Shown in pieces: positions 39,330 through 53,392 of a DNA stretch of 64,000 nt. Source of the DNA: Octopus sinensis (Eukaryota). The first letter of the stretch is position 1; each line of letters opens with the position of its first letter. A program made the position numbers and the translations under genes. The stretch is taken from NCBI RefSeq assembly GCF_006345805.1, contig NC_042997.1, positions 48,484,001 to 48,548,000 on the forward strand, in the 5' to 3' direction. A model generated the notes under the pieces. The model was not told the origin of the DNA. It was given only the letters and a program-made list of their open reading frames with translations, and did no database searches.

Positions 39330-39624
39330 TTACGTGATCACGTGACCGACGTGGGTATCAGATGTTGCTACACATCGCTGGTCACAATGCGCTTCGCATT
39401 GTTTTAGGCTTCGAATGACGCCACCCCACTGGCTAAGCGAGCAGGCCAACATAAGAAAGTGTGAGAGAAAGTTGCGGCGAAAGAGTACAACAGGGATCAC
39501 CACCACCCACTTCCGAAGACTCGTGGAGTTTTGGGTGTTTTCGCTCAATAAACACTCTGGGAATCGAAACCGCGATCCTACGATCGCGAGTCCGCTGCCT
39601 TAACCACTGTGCCATTGCGCCTCC
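39330..39624 (-). mobile_element. SINE with family A head and body but a different 3' tail
   Basis: Near-identical to 23825-24001 up to caactttctctcac, then unrelated (cgaagcgcattgtgaccagcgatgtgtagcaacatctg). Confidence 0.88.
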
Positions 39625-41160
39625 ACCCATATGTATATATGTATGTGTATATATATATGCGTTACATCCTGATTGTCACATCTGCGGCGGTGCTGGGACT
39701 AAGCTGTAGAGACCTATATAGCATTTTTCCTTTCGAGAAACATATGTGGCATACTGCCTGAAATCTTTCATTCATGGGCAGCAACTAATTTTTTCCCGGA
39801 AAAGAAAATGAAAAATTATCTTGGCTTTCCTCTCATCTCCCATCTGTAGCAAATGAAGTCATTCTTGAAAAATATCGTAACTAGACTGATTGTAGGGTAC
39901 TTACTACTGCTTTACGTAATATTCGTTCAGAAATATAATAGTGAAATGTGTGAAATTTAAAGAAAACCACATAAAAAGTGTAAGAAAATTGTATAAATTT
40001 TGTTTTCCTTTCTTTTTTTTAACTCTCTCTACACAGTTACAGACAGAGAAGAAAATGAAATCCAAAATAAATAAGATTAAATGATTTTCAGAAGAGAAAT
40101 TACAACTTTCTAAATTGAGAGTTTTTATGGTTATGTCCTATATAGCCTATAATGATCGCAATTGGCAATAATTCTAGTTGTAAAGGTAAAATACAAAACA
40201 AAATTTCTCCCAATCAAAGCTACAGCCAATTTGTAAGGACGATATTAAATAAATAAATGCAAGAGCGCAACATCGACGAAGAAATAAAAATAATAATGAT
40301 ATTAGCAGCACAATTTTTATTAAAAAAATACGTATAAAATGATCATTTCTTGGAAAGGAATAAAAATAAAATCGTTAAAAAAATTATTCGTTTTATCAAG
40401 TAGATGGTTTAAAACTCTCTTTTAAAAACAACGTGCACCGCAGATCCTTTAATTCTATCGAAGGCTTTTAATCAGACCTTAGACCTTACAAGACTACTAC
40501 AATTTAAAGTATTCACTATCATGTAAATTACCCAGTAAAGATCAAAAACAAAGTAAACAAATAATTGTTACTTTGCTCTGGAATTTATGCAATTATCAGC
40601 GAATCGGAGTGCAATTCGACATAATGAAGTTTCATATCGGAAATAAAAAGATAAAATATCGTAAACGGGAATAAATGAAAGAAATGAAAAAAAGTAGTTA
40701 ACATTTAGGTACTAAAGACAAATTTGATCACCGTATTAATAAAAGAAAAACATGTTGAGACATTCTGTATATTTGCGTAGATGTGTATCTTCGTGTGAAT
40801 AAATGTTTGTCTGCACATACATATATGCAAGTATGTGTATGGATGTATATAATTATACGCACACATACACATATGCGTGTAGTAGTAAACATATGCATAT
40901 TAATGTGTTCATTTATAGATTACTATTTTTAGAGCGCTTGCTGCATTATATTTTTAAAAGTCTGTGGCCAAAGAGATTGACAAGAAACAAGGTAAACGAT
41001 GCAGGAACATTACGTATTTTAATCAATGGCAACACTATATGAAAGGCTCATTGTGTTGTAGTAACCAGTTAAGGAACGGATACACTTAATTATGGCCGTC
41101 TATACGTATATAAACTTACACACACACACACACATACATATGTTGACATAAGTTCCTTGC

Positions 41161-41243
41161 TTTTCCTGATGAGAAACCGGCATAATATACTCCTTATTCC
41201 TTCGCAATTAGGAATATGCAGCCTTCGAAACTTATGTCGAAAA
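41161..41243 (+). ncRNA. Type I hammerhead ribozyme motif with long stem II and intact core
   Basis: uuuuc CUGAUGA gaa...uuc GAAAC uuau GUC gaaaa; stem II extended by ggc/gcc, gcaua/uaugc and uuccu/aggaa. Confidence 0.7.
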
Positions 41244-41337
41244 TAAAGGAATTTTGTTAATTCGTCGTTCAACTCCATTCTTACATATATTTATATATAT
41301 ATATATGTATATATATGACCTTTTGCCAAACCTGTAT

Positions 41338-41420
<83 letters not shown>

Positions 41421-42403
41421 GTTTGTTTATATAGTTGCAGGTGTATATAGACTTCTCACATCAGATTTGAATGTGCACGAGCATACATTTATATTCGAAA
41501 TTTTCTCTCTTTATGCACATTTAAATATTTATTCAAAAATGAAGATTCTTTCACGAATATTTCTCCTTATATTCCCTTATTACCATATATATATACTTGT
41601 GCGTGTACATACGTATCTATACATGTACATTATATATTTGCATACACGTGTGTGTGGGTGTGTGTTTACTTAATTATGTATATATGTGCAAGTATATTTG
41701 TTGGTAATGTCGAAGTTAAATTTGATTTACAAATTAGCTATTGAATAGATTGAGCAGTAAAATAGATACACTTATAAAATGACATTAGAATAAATCGCAT
41801 TAAAATGCAAGAATATAAGTTATTAATATATTCCTCGTTGAAGACAATTTACTACAATCTCCTCACTTAATTCAGACAGCAGACTGCGAAATATATATAA
41901 AGTAAAATAATTTGTTCTTTGAATATTCGTATGTCATATTGAACATGTAGATTCAAAACGAAAGAATTATTGTACAGAAACATGCCTTCAGAAACTTTAC
42001 AGATCTACATTGTGATTTTACAATAGAGGCATTAATATATGTTTCTTCTTTAATTTAATCAGATAGAGGGAGGCTAAACCTTAGGTTTCATATCTCCTCT
42101 GCGATTGGTTACACTGATTTTGTTCAAGGTTTCCTTGAGCTTCTCCATGTAAACGACTGCAAGAAAAAATATAAACAAGTGTTGTTAGGTGATTGTAGAT
42201 AGATGAGGTTATGTGAAGTAAAGATTGAACATGGTGATTTGTACGGCTCTGAGATGGGTATAGTGAAAGGAATTAAATAAATAGAAACGAGAAGGTCGGA
42301 TTGGTGGGACAGAATTGCAATTCAGTAGCTGCAAAGTGCAGAAAACACCATAGCAGCAGCGATTGAAGTACTCCTACCACCACCATCACTGCCACCGATG
42401 ATG

Positions 42404-42442
<39 letters not shown>

Positions 42443-42790
42443 TAGCGTGTGTATCTTTAACAGAAAATATTGCAGCGTACTGAGGAGTGACACCTTCCCA
42501 ATCGAATATATGGGAGTGTTTTGAATACTGCTAGGTTTGTATTAATGACACTCTCCAAGTTCCATGAGCATATTCCACTTTGTTTCGGACATCAGCTGAG
42601 TATTTACTCGAATTACTTTCTGTCTCTGAAGACGAAGACTACTGTATTGCACGCAGTTCTTTGCTATGCTATGGCTGTTAGAAAGGCTATAAACATATCA
42701 CAAAATGCTATCTCGGAGATGAAAAATGCGAGGGTTGTTTTTTTGCGTTTGACCTGCTCTTGTTCAGATTCAGTCAGATTTGATCATTCA

Positions 42791-43243
42791 CTTTTTATTT
42801 TACTGGCTTCAGTCATTAGACTGCGGTCATGTTAGAGCAGCGTCTTAAGGAATTTTTACCCGAGGGAATCGACCACAGTACTTATTCATGTGAAGCCTAG
42901 TACTTATTCCATCAGTCACTTAGCCCCGAACTGCTAGGTTACGGGACGTAAACACACCAGCAGTGGCTCTCATGCGGTTGCAGTGGCGTACAAACAGAGA
43001 CACTAAGACACACGCACAGATAGATATGAATATACATAGATATGTACAAGTCTGTGTGTGTGTGTGTGTGTGTGTGTGTACAATGGGTGTCTCACAGTTT
43101 CCGCCTACTGAATCCACTAACAAGGGTTTAGCTGGTCCGAGACTATAAGAGAAACTCTTTCCCAAGTTTCCACGCCGTGGGATTGAACCCGGAACAATAT
43201 GGATGAGAAGCAGGCTTCTTACCACACATCCACGCTTGCACCT
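42791..43243 (-). mobile_element. SINE family B, near full length with internal (GT)n
   Basis: Head, central agtttccgcctactgaatccac and tail cagtcattagactgcggtcatg all present. Confidence 0.88.
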
Positions 43244-43689
43244 ATCCGACCAGACTCATGATGAAAGGTGAGGGTACGTTATATTTAGCAGATTGAGGTA
43301 CCATAATGATTTCTTGGTAGTGCTGTGACATAATTTTACTGTTGAAAGAGAAAAGATTGAGAAGGCTTCACTGGGGGGAAGTAATTATTCACTTATATCC
43401 TCCTAAGTGGCCCAGCAGAGATGGGTCTCTCGAAATCCTGCGTCCGATGGAGAATAATCATGAACATGGTAGAGGATATTTGATTGCCAATCAAATATGA
43501 GTATCTTTGCACTCTTTGTTGTCAGTCTTTAGAGAACAAATCTTTTCAACCCGTACCCTCTTACAAGAAATATATTTGAGAAAAACAAGAGAACAAAGAA
43601 CGCAGACATTTTTGCACGTGTATATACTTTTTCGTTTTAAAGAAAATTTGTTGTCAATATATATATATATGATGATGTACAATGCATTC

Positions 43690-43897
43690 TTTTCTACTCA
43701 AGGCCTGAAATTTTGGGGGAGGTGACCAGTCAATTAGATCTACCTCAGTAGGCAACCAGTACTTAATTTATCGACCCCAAAAGGATGATAACCTCAGTTG
43801 ACCACTGCGAAATTTGAACTCAGAAGGTAAAGACAGACGAAATTCCACTAAGCATTTCGCCCAATATGCTAACGTTTCTGCCAGCCAGCTCGCCGCC
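43690..43897 (-). mobile_element. SINE family C
   Basis: accagtacttaatttatcgaccccaaaaggatg...atttgaactcagaagg...ctcgccgcc. Confidence 0.88.
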
Positions 43898-44289
43898 TTA
43901 TGATCTGCAATATACTATTGTACGACTGATATAACACTATGATATAACACTAAGAGCACACTGGAGAACAAGTGTCTGTAACGAGATATGTTTGTGAAAA
44001 GATGGAAGCCTTTGGTGAGCAAGTTGAGTGCAATTGGCACCAGATAAGTAAGGTCCGGTTAAAAAATAATGGTTCTACCCAGATGACCGGGTGCCTATCT
44101 TTCAACGCTCCTCATTGTAGAACGCAATGATTTACTCAAAATTTAAACTTTTTATTGCATATTTCATCGATTCATTTTTTCATCCGATCGATTTGACATT
44201 TTTAAAACGTAAAAGCTTCTTCACCCTATATGTTTGCCTGTCCTTGTTTGTCCCCTCTCTGTAATATATGTATGGCAAATCTATATGAA

Positions 44290-44572
44290 ATAAAGAAGCT
44301 TCTTTCGCAACCAGAAGGCTCCGGATTCAGCCCCACTGTGTGGCACTCTGTCTTCTATTATAATCCTCACACCGGTCAAAACCGTCTGAGTGGATTTGAT
44401 AAGGGGAAACTGAGAGAAGCCCAACGTATATGCGTGTGTTCAAGAGCCTGTATGTACCCCACCACCGCTTAACAGCCGGTGTTGGTGTGTTTACGTCTGT
44501 GTAACTTAGCGGTTCTGCTAAGAACAACTACCAGTCTGGTGACTGAAACAAGTAAAAGAACAAAAGAATAAA
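44290..44572 (+). mobile_element. SINE family B, diverged
   Basis: ggattcagccccactgtgtggcac...gtgtttacgtctgtgtaacttagcggttc...gactgaaacaagtaaaag. Confidence 0.8.
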
Positions 44573-44741
44573 TATACTGATATATAAACCGCTACCCGTT
44601 TATTATTATCCACTGTAGAGTTGTTGCCTTGTACCCTTTTCTCTTTTTTTTTGTGGGATTAAGGTAATGTTCACAGTATCAGTATAGAACTACTAACAGC
44701 ATTGTCAGAAATTCTGAGTTTTAAATATATATATATATATA

Positions 44742-45805
44742 CAGGGTGTAGATTTTCTAATTGTATAGATTAGGATGGAGTCTAAATTATAAATATTACC
44801 AGCTTGAATAATCACTTGTACTATTTTTTTAATTTTTGATTGAACAAATTATAAATGTTAATAAAGAGTTAAACCACAGGAATGTAATTTCCGAATTATT
44901 CCGCGCAGATAACAGTGCTGGAAAGACTGTTAGAGCGACAAAGTATACCAATTTTTTCTGTTTTTAGTGTTTTAGCCAATTTGAGAGAAACCATGATGCT
45001 CAGAGAATGCTTCACAGTCCTAGTAGTGACCGAAAACGCACACCTCGTTTCTTAACAGTACTTAAAATATCAATTGAATCAAACCCATCAAAATCGATGG
45101 TGAAGTTGGCTCAAGATCTAGGAATCAGTTAAATGACCATTTTTAGGGCTGCGAGACAAGATTTCCATATGAAATCGTCCGGGAGGAGACACCATAACAT
45201 CCTAACTACCCGCTTCAAAGCCATTCGACCTGAGTGAAATCCAAAATGTTTTGGTCATCGTGGCGGAGACGTCCGCATCTTCGTGGATGAAAAAAAGTTC
45301 ATGGTAAACAAAGCTACAAACTGTCAAAATCCACGAGTGATAACATACGACCCTTCCCAAGTTCTTTCAGCTGTGCATAGCAAGAATCCGGCTTCCCTTA
45401 TGGTTTTGGAGCTGTTGCAAGTGATGGGAAATTGATGCCTCCTTATTTTATCGAACCGAGTCTTAAAATCAACACAGCAGAATATCTTCAAATCTTAGAA
45501 GTTTTGCTACTTTAAATGAGGAATCATTATGATGCAACTCGAGTAATGTTTGTATAGGACTCTGCGCCCATCCATTCTTCGAAAAGAGTGCAAGAATTTT
45601 TGAAGAAGGAATGGTTAAGGCATGCGCATCATTTCGTAAACTGATTGAACTGGTAAAGAAAACGAATGACGGTCACAATAAACTGAAATAAATGTTAAAC
45701 ACTCCACAATAAATTAAGCATAACATTTGTAGTGTTTGATTTTCCTGAATTATAGCAATCATAATAAAAATATTTAGATTGTCCCAATTTACATGTTATT
45801 CCCGG
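44742..45805 (+). mobile_element. Decayed Tc1/mariner-superfamily element (maT/DD37D-like)
   Basis: Transposase remnants at about 44990-45640: NPSKSMVKLAQDLGIS (HTH), RIFVDEKKF (first D), MVL-AVASDG, DSAPIH (second D). Third-D region is missing, ends lie in TA context, and TIR similarity is weak. Confidence 0.8.
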
Positions 45806-45814
45806 TATATATAT

Positions 45815-45861
<47 letters not shown>

Positions 45862-45866
45862 GTATA

Positions 45867-46077
45867 TTCTTTTATTCTTTTATTCTTTAACTTGTTTCAA
45901 GCATTTGCCTATGGCCGTGCTACAGTACCACCTTAAGGGGTTTTAGTCGAGCAAGTCGACCTCAGGACTTATTCTCTCTAAGTCTAGTACTTATTCTTTT
46001 ATCTTTATTGCCGAACTACTAAGTTACAGGAAAGTAAACACACCAACATCGGCACAAACACACACACACACCACACA

Positions 46078-46152
<75 letters not shown>

Positions 46153-46310
46153 ATATACCACAGGTTCTTTCAGTTTCCGTCTACTAAATCCACTCACATA
46201 GCTATGATCGGTTTACCAGAAGAGACTTTCCCAAGGTACCACGCAGTGGGACTAAACCCAGAACTATGTGGTTGAGAAGCAATATTCCTACTGCACAGCT
46301 ACGCCTCCGC
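45867..46310 (-). mobile_element. SINE family B, near full length with (CA)n/(TA)n insert
   Basis: Same head and tail motifs as the other family B copies. Confidence 0.85.
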
Positions 46311-46325
46311 TTATATATATATATA

Positions 46326-46358
<33 letters not shown>

Positions 46359-49300
46359 TGATAAAAATGATAAATATATATATATATATATATATAACAT
46401 CTGTGTATTGAGGTAAGAAAAGATGAATTTAAGTTATTGAAAGAGAAAATCACATCTCTTACATTCAGATGTTGCATTATGGGAACGCTAAATCGTATCT
46501 GAACTCGCCTTCACGTTTGAACATTTCTTAAACAATTATTCTGCGCATGTGTTTCCTCTTTGCACTCGGTTTCTTTCCGGAAGATCTTCCTGATATTCCG
46601 CCTGCTATTCTTCGTTCTTGTTATTTCAAAGCACTTCTCTTTGACCTGTTGTTGTCGCTGAAGATCTGATCATTGTTTCCAGAACGCGTTCACTCTTCGT
46701 AGTTGGAAGTTCCCTTTTTCCGAAATCATGAAATGCCATGTTATCTCCACTTCGGTTGTATTTACCTCAAACATTTTTTCGCATTTCATGATGTTTTTCT
46801 CTCACCCTCTGTAAATCTACTCTTATTCGTTGCTTTGATGTTTCAAGTCATTGATTTTCTTCGAAATAGAATGTGAAGTTAAAAGTTGTATTGCAAAATA
46901 CATGTGAAGTTAAAAGTTGTATTGCAAAAATTTTGAGCTACTTTAAAAAGGTAAATTATTGTAAAAAATACGAAACCAAGAATGCTTTTTCTTGCTATCT
47001 TGTTAACTGCTGCATCACAAATGTAAAATTGTGAGTGAAAAGTCTTTCCATCGCAAAAAGTGAAATTGTTTTCCTCGAAAATCAAATCATGAACAACGTA
47101 AGAAACTAAGATTCACTCAAAGTGTGGGTGTATAGGAGAATACTTTCAGCATCTTACAATGACACGGGAAGCATTAATGGGATGCTATAACAAGAAGACG
47201 AAAGACGACACCACCTGTACATTGTCAAAAAAGCAAAAGCTCATCTGTCGTGACCATTCATATTCGAAGGAGCAGAGGTCTGGAGAATATCATCATAGAA
47301 CGAAGAATAGAGGCAGCAAAGAACGTATCAATATTTGGACAATAGTGACACGGCAGTTAGAGAACTCACGCTTAATCAGAAGTTCCGTTGTTGTGTCACC
47401 AATGCGTTGTCAACGTACGATACATGACAACGAGTTAAAAGTATCGCATCCAGATCGTATGTGTTATATATGCTATGCTATAATGACCCCGACAAGCACT
47501 ATTTTGTGCATTCTTTGAATTGTAAGAATGTATTTACATTAACTGTTGTTTTCTTCATAAGCATAGACACACACACGCATACACACACAAACAAACAAAA
47601 AGACTCACACACATGTAAATGAAATATGTACACAAGTGTATATGTACGTACACATCGATAAATATATATGTATCTGTCAGTATGTGTGTGTGTCTGTGTG
47701 CATGTGTATGTATGTGTTCCTCTGTGTGTGTGTGAGTGTGTGCATGCGTTAGTTTGTGGTTGCATGTATGTGCATATATCTTTTCTTGTATATGTGTGCA
47801 AATGCGTAACTGCTCTTGTGGAAGTAAATATTTATAATGAATTAGATGTTCATCAAAGCTGTGACATGAAAAGGAAATTTCTAAATGGAATGTTAATTTT
47901 TCAAAATCAGATATCCGATAGATTATTGCTTTCGTCTCTACTAAGTACATTGTTATATATTTTTAATGAAATCAATATGGAGAATTTTAAATTTCCGTCA
48001 GAGAATCATCAGAGCAACGGAAGTGAATTAGTTCTAAATGTTCACTGAATTTACATAGCTGTCTTACTTTGTGGGGTTCCGAAACGCTTTCTTAGGTATA
48101 AAATCAAATATTCCACTCACCATACCGTTAAAATTACGACGTACAATTAGTTATTCTGATACACGTCCCTAATACTAGTCTACTGCTCACAGTATTAAAG
48201 ACATATTTTCCCTCAATGGCGCAAATTGTAGAAAGGTAGTTTTATATTGAGACTACTTCTCACAGGCAAGAGTTTTGCTTCAGGTGTCAAGAGAACGATG
48301 TATTCTGCTTTGTACACTGGTACTTAATCTGCCACATGAAATCGAAGTGTTTTGTGAAGAGCAAAAGCGATGCGGCTGCGATCATTAAATTTTACGATGC
48401 GTAGTATCTATATTTAGCTATCTGCCACCATATTTATTTATTCAAGAAGTCAAGATGTATGAAGGTATTAAGAATTATAAATCATTCTACATATTGTGAC
48501 GTATTTAATATAAGGAGGCTATAAACACTTACCGTATTTCTAAGTAAAATACGTTTTGTTTTTCTAATGAATGGATTATAAACATTATTTGATTGAAAGT
48601 ATAGACCTTAAATCGGTTTTAAAAATATAAAAATAAACAAAACTTAAAATACTTCGAAAGCATTCGCAAGATGTTGATCAATGTAAGAAGTTTTCAACTG
48701 AGAATTACATTAATATTATTCAACTCTGTTTACAAGATAAATCCAACCCACATCCATAAATATTATCGTTTTAAATAATATAGTTAATGGAGAATATTAA
48801 AATCAGTGTCTCCTTTCACAAATTTATGTAAAGATTTATAAAGTAGAGCGAAAAGTCATATGTCGACATAAAGGAATTATTCATCTCTTGTCAAATGGAG
48901 ATTACAATTTAAAATTTTCGCCATTAATATAGGTTTGATAAAAAATAATCTTCTTCCAATAAATTGTGAGAAGTAACTCTTAAGAGAAGATCGTAGCAGT
49001 AATGAAGCGGTGAAAAGAACTGTAAGTTAATAGATAGATTACCAATATATACAATTTTGCAAGACAGGAAACTAGGATCAGCTGCCGCTGGTTGCCACAC
49101 TTTTAATAGAAATTCCAATGAACTTCTGAATTGATTCTTTATTCTTCAAGACCCGTTCTAATCCTGCAAAATGTTAGGAAATATTCCTCGATTGGCTAGA
49201 TGAAAGCAATAGAGAACAAACATACCCCCATATTATGACCACAAGTCATGATCGCCGAGGAATATATATGCTGCTCTCTGATCAAGGCTCCAATAAAAGC

Positions 49301-50996
49301 AACGACATCTCTGAGACAAGGCTGACGCCATTACAAAGGCTAGTGCTAGCTGTTTATGAACGAAAGAAACGATGTTAACAACTCAAAACGCAGCTCACAG
49401 CGACATTCAAAACATTATGATTTACATCTGCAAAAATACTCCATTAAAGAATATTATGACACCAGTCGATAATTAGATTACTACGGATTTGATGTTATCC
49501 GCGATAAACAAAGTACAAATTGAAAATCTAACCCCTGCAGCGTTTGGACAGTACTATCGCACTTAATTATGTACAGTACAGTTGCTATTCACCATCGGTT
49601 GGGAATAAGGACGATCGATCATAAGCAGGAAACACAACCAAAATAGATCACTTTTTTACTTAAATATTGTCAACAGCTTCAGAAGAACTATTGCCCAACT
49701 AGATACTGTCATTAATCACAAATTAAAAAATATATTGACGCAACTCCAGAGGCTAGTTTTAAAAGGCTATCAACGAAAATCCTCGACAAGAGATACTCAC
49801 GGATATTATAAGTGATTTGAAACACGAACTACGAGAGTTAAATTCAATGCTTCATTATCTTGAGCATTTCGCCCGGCGTGCTAACGTTTCTGCCAGGTCG
49901 CCGCCTTAAAGGGATTTGAAATTTTAGAAAAGCACACGTGTACCAGTGATGCAACTTGGTTAAACGAGCTCCAAGCTGAGTATTGCAAACATCTCTTCTA
50001 AAATATATTACCATCTATGAAAGGATACTGATGATTGTTGCGTGATTACCAAGCGGAATTTATGTAGGACCGATTTAAAAGTTGGGTATCGGTACAGAAA
50101 ACAGACGTCCTGGAAGTCAGAACCTCGTTAATATGTTAAAAAGAGTGGTGAATAGTGGACTAAATGTGTCACACTACTAACAATTGTACGTTACGTGTGT
50201 TTACTCGTCTCTGAAATGCAGAATATATACGTTGACGGAAACTAGAGCCTCATACTACAACCTGCTTAAATGTTATGTGTTTAGCTGTTTCTCCACTCAA
50301 ATAATCCTGATGGCAATTACAAAGGAACGTGACGTAATGGTTATATGAAAATCGGTTATTGGTACAAAGATTATATCAGAAAAATCTGTATATGAAATAT
50401 GAATTACATAGTTTGCTTAAATGTATTTGCTAACAATAGCTGCGAAACTAACTAGTAGTGGTGAATGGGAAGCTAAGAGCAATTTGGATATCTCTTCATC
50501 AACAAAACCTGCCGACATAAACTGAAGCAGAACCGTTGAAATGTGATGAATGTATGGCAAGACATTAAAATAGGTGTTTGACCCTATTTATCTGAAGGGT
50601 ACCCCGCAGCAATATTTCACCATTTAGTTAAAGACTTCCCAAATTTGGAGTGTTTTCTCACACTACAGAATTTGAACTCGCATTGCACAGACGCTAGGAA
50701 TGTACAGCAAAGTAACAGGTCCGACGTTTTAATAAGCTGACTGTCTATTGGCCTGGACTGCTATTTTATATCGACGTCGAAGCGAATAAAAGCAGAACTG
50801 ATTTATGCATTCAGAGCTCAGAAAGTTCAGATAGCAGCAATGAATAATGCAAATCATCCTAATCGGCGATCTAAGCCATCAATCAATTCGAAATCATGAG
50901 GCGACTGACGTCGGTTAAAAAGCTAAAAATTCGAAGTCACCCTTACATGTACCTTCTGAAAAATGGTAAATATGTATACAAATATATAAGATAAAG

Positions 50997-50997
50997 G

Positions 50998-51096
<99 letters not shown>

Positions 51097-51103
51097 GTAG
51101 ATA
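50997..51103. repeat. (TAGA)n microsatellite
   Basis: Direct reading. Confidence 0.95.
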
Positions 51104-51327
51104 GAAATGGAGAGTGAGAGAATTTAATTGGTAGAAAAGTTACAGAACTATCTCAACATCCAGGACTTTCGTGCATTGCACTTATACAGCTTATGTATCA
51201 TATATACATATTAATCATTATCCCATATTAAAATGATTTCCTTTGCCTTTGAGTTTGTCGTTTTAAATATTCTGTCGTTACCATACTCAAAATTTGTGAA
51301 TATTCATTAAAACACACACACAAACAT

Positions 51328-51383
<56 letters not shown>

Positions 51384-51451
51384 TGTGTGTGTGTATACAT
51401 GTATATATGGATGCGTGTATGAGCGTGTGCGTGTCTATTTATATATGTATG

Positions 51452-51491
<40 letters not shown>

Positions 51492-52687
51492 GGTAAATAT
51501 ATGTACGTGTGGGTGTGCATGTGTGTAAATTTATATATGTGTGTCTGTGTGCGTGTATAAATGCATGCATTTTTATATGTATATGTAAAAGTATGTATGC
51601 ACTTGATTTATATATATATATATATTTATAAGTGCATGTTTATATGTATATAGATGTTATATATCTGCATGTATATATATATTTATATGTATCCCACTGT
51701 GTGCATATATATATATGTATATATATATATACACATATATAGATACATACATACACACATACATATACATACATACATAATACGTACATACATGCATGCT
51801 GGCATACATACATACATACATACATACATACATACATACATACATGCATACATACATACATGCATACATACAGACATACATACATATATTCATACATACA
51901 TGCATAGAGAAAGGAGAGAGAGATATCAGTTAACTTTTAACGGATACAATTTTATGGTTTTTGAAGTCAGCCTTCATCAAGAGTATAAAGAACCTCTGTA
52001 GTTTTATTATTAATTCATAGCTTTCAGTTATGCTGTAATCGTTCATGAAATCAGCTTCTCGGTCTGCAAGTCCAATAAACTTTATAGTGGCTATCTGTAG
52101 CAGTATACATGTATGTTGTGTATATGTCTGTTTGGGTTGTGTCTATATTTGGTATTTGTTGGTTACGTTGCTAGTGATGATCATAAAGATGACAGCAAAC
52201 TTAAAATCATGACGACCACTTATGAAGATGATGTCAGTGATGATGATGATGATGATGATGACGTTGATGGCGGCTATAATGGCCGAAATGATGTTAAGCG
52301 ATAATGGCGTCGGTTTTGGTAGCAAGAACGATAGAGATGGCAGTAATGGTGTTTATTTATGTGTTGCATATCATTTTTGCTGCATGGTTGGATTGTTCAA
52401 AGCGCTACGGCACTTCGCAGCAATGGCAACGATTAAACACGCTGACGACGGCGACGATGAGGAGTAGGAAGATCATGATGGTGTTGGTGAAGGTAGAAGA
52501 GTCATTGGCGGTAACGGTGATAACGGCAATGTTTTTAGTGGAAGCGGTGATATATGACAGATGTTTTTTCCATAACTTTTTACATTTTTAGTGTTATGCC
52601 GTGTTACTGATTAATGTTAGGGTGATAGTAGTGCGGTGGTTGACGGCTGCTACGAAATATTCTTTGATTTCTGGCAGGCCATTCATC

Positions 52688-52897
52688 TTTTGCTTGTTTC
52701 TGTCATTAGATTGCGGCCATGCTGGGGCACCGATATGAAGAAATTTCAGTTCAACGAATAGACCGCAGTACTTATTACTTTGTTGTAAAGGTTGACACTT
52801 ATTCTGCCGCTGCATTTGGACGACCAGCTAAGTTACGGACACGTAAACAGACCAACGCAAGTTGTCAGTGTTGTGAAGGAGAAACATAGACACAAAG

Positions 52898-52930
<33 letters not shown>

Positions 52931-53392
52931 CACACACACACACACACTCAAACAAACAAAACAGGCACACACAAACACACATATACGACGAACTTCTTTC
53001 AGTTTCCTATTTCTTTATTCCCCACAAGGGGCTAAACATAGACGGGACAAACAAGGAGAGACAAACAGATTAAGTCGATTACATCGACCCCAGTGTGTAA
53101 CTGGCACTTAATTTATCGACCCCGAAAGGATGAAAGGCAAAGTCGACCTCGCCGGAATTTGAACTCAGAACGTAACGGCAGACGATATACCGATAAGCGT
53201 TTTGCCTAGTATGCTAACGTTTCTGCCAGCTTGCCGCCTTCTTTCAGTTCGTCTTCCGAATACAGTCGCAACTCTTTGGTCGGCCCGAGGCTATAGTAGA
53301 AAACACTTGCCCAAACTGCTTCGCAGTGAGACCCGAACTAGCAAACATGTGGTTCGGAAGCAAACTTTTTATCACATAGCCACACCTGCGCC
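52688..53392 (-). mobile_element. SINE family B interrupted by a family C insertion
   Basis: Tail at 52688-53004, head at 53239-53392. Confidence 0.85.
53005..53238 (-). mobile_element. SINE family C (tail variant ccacaaggggctaaaca) with 11-bp target-site duplication
   Basis: ttctttcagtt at 52994-53004 and 53239-53249. Confidence 0.92.

Noticed and set aside
46871-46930. 31-bp tandem duplication (also a 15-bp one near 14305)
   Set aside because: Two-unit slippage duplications with no spacer structure; not CRISPR-like.
47159-47518. 119-aa non-repetitive ORF
   Set aside because: No recognisable motif or splice structure; compatible with a chance ORF or decayed TE.
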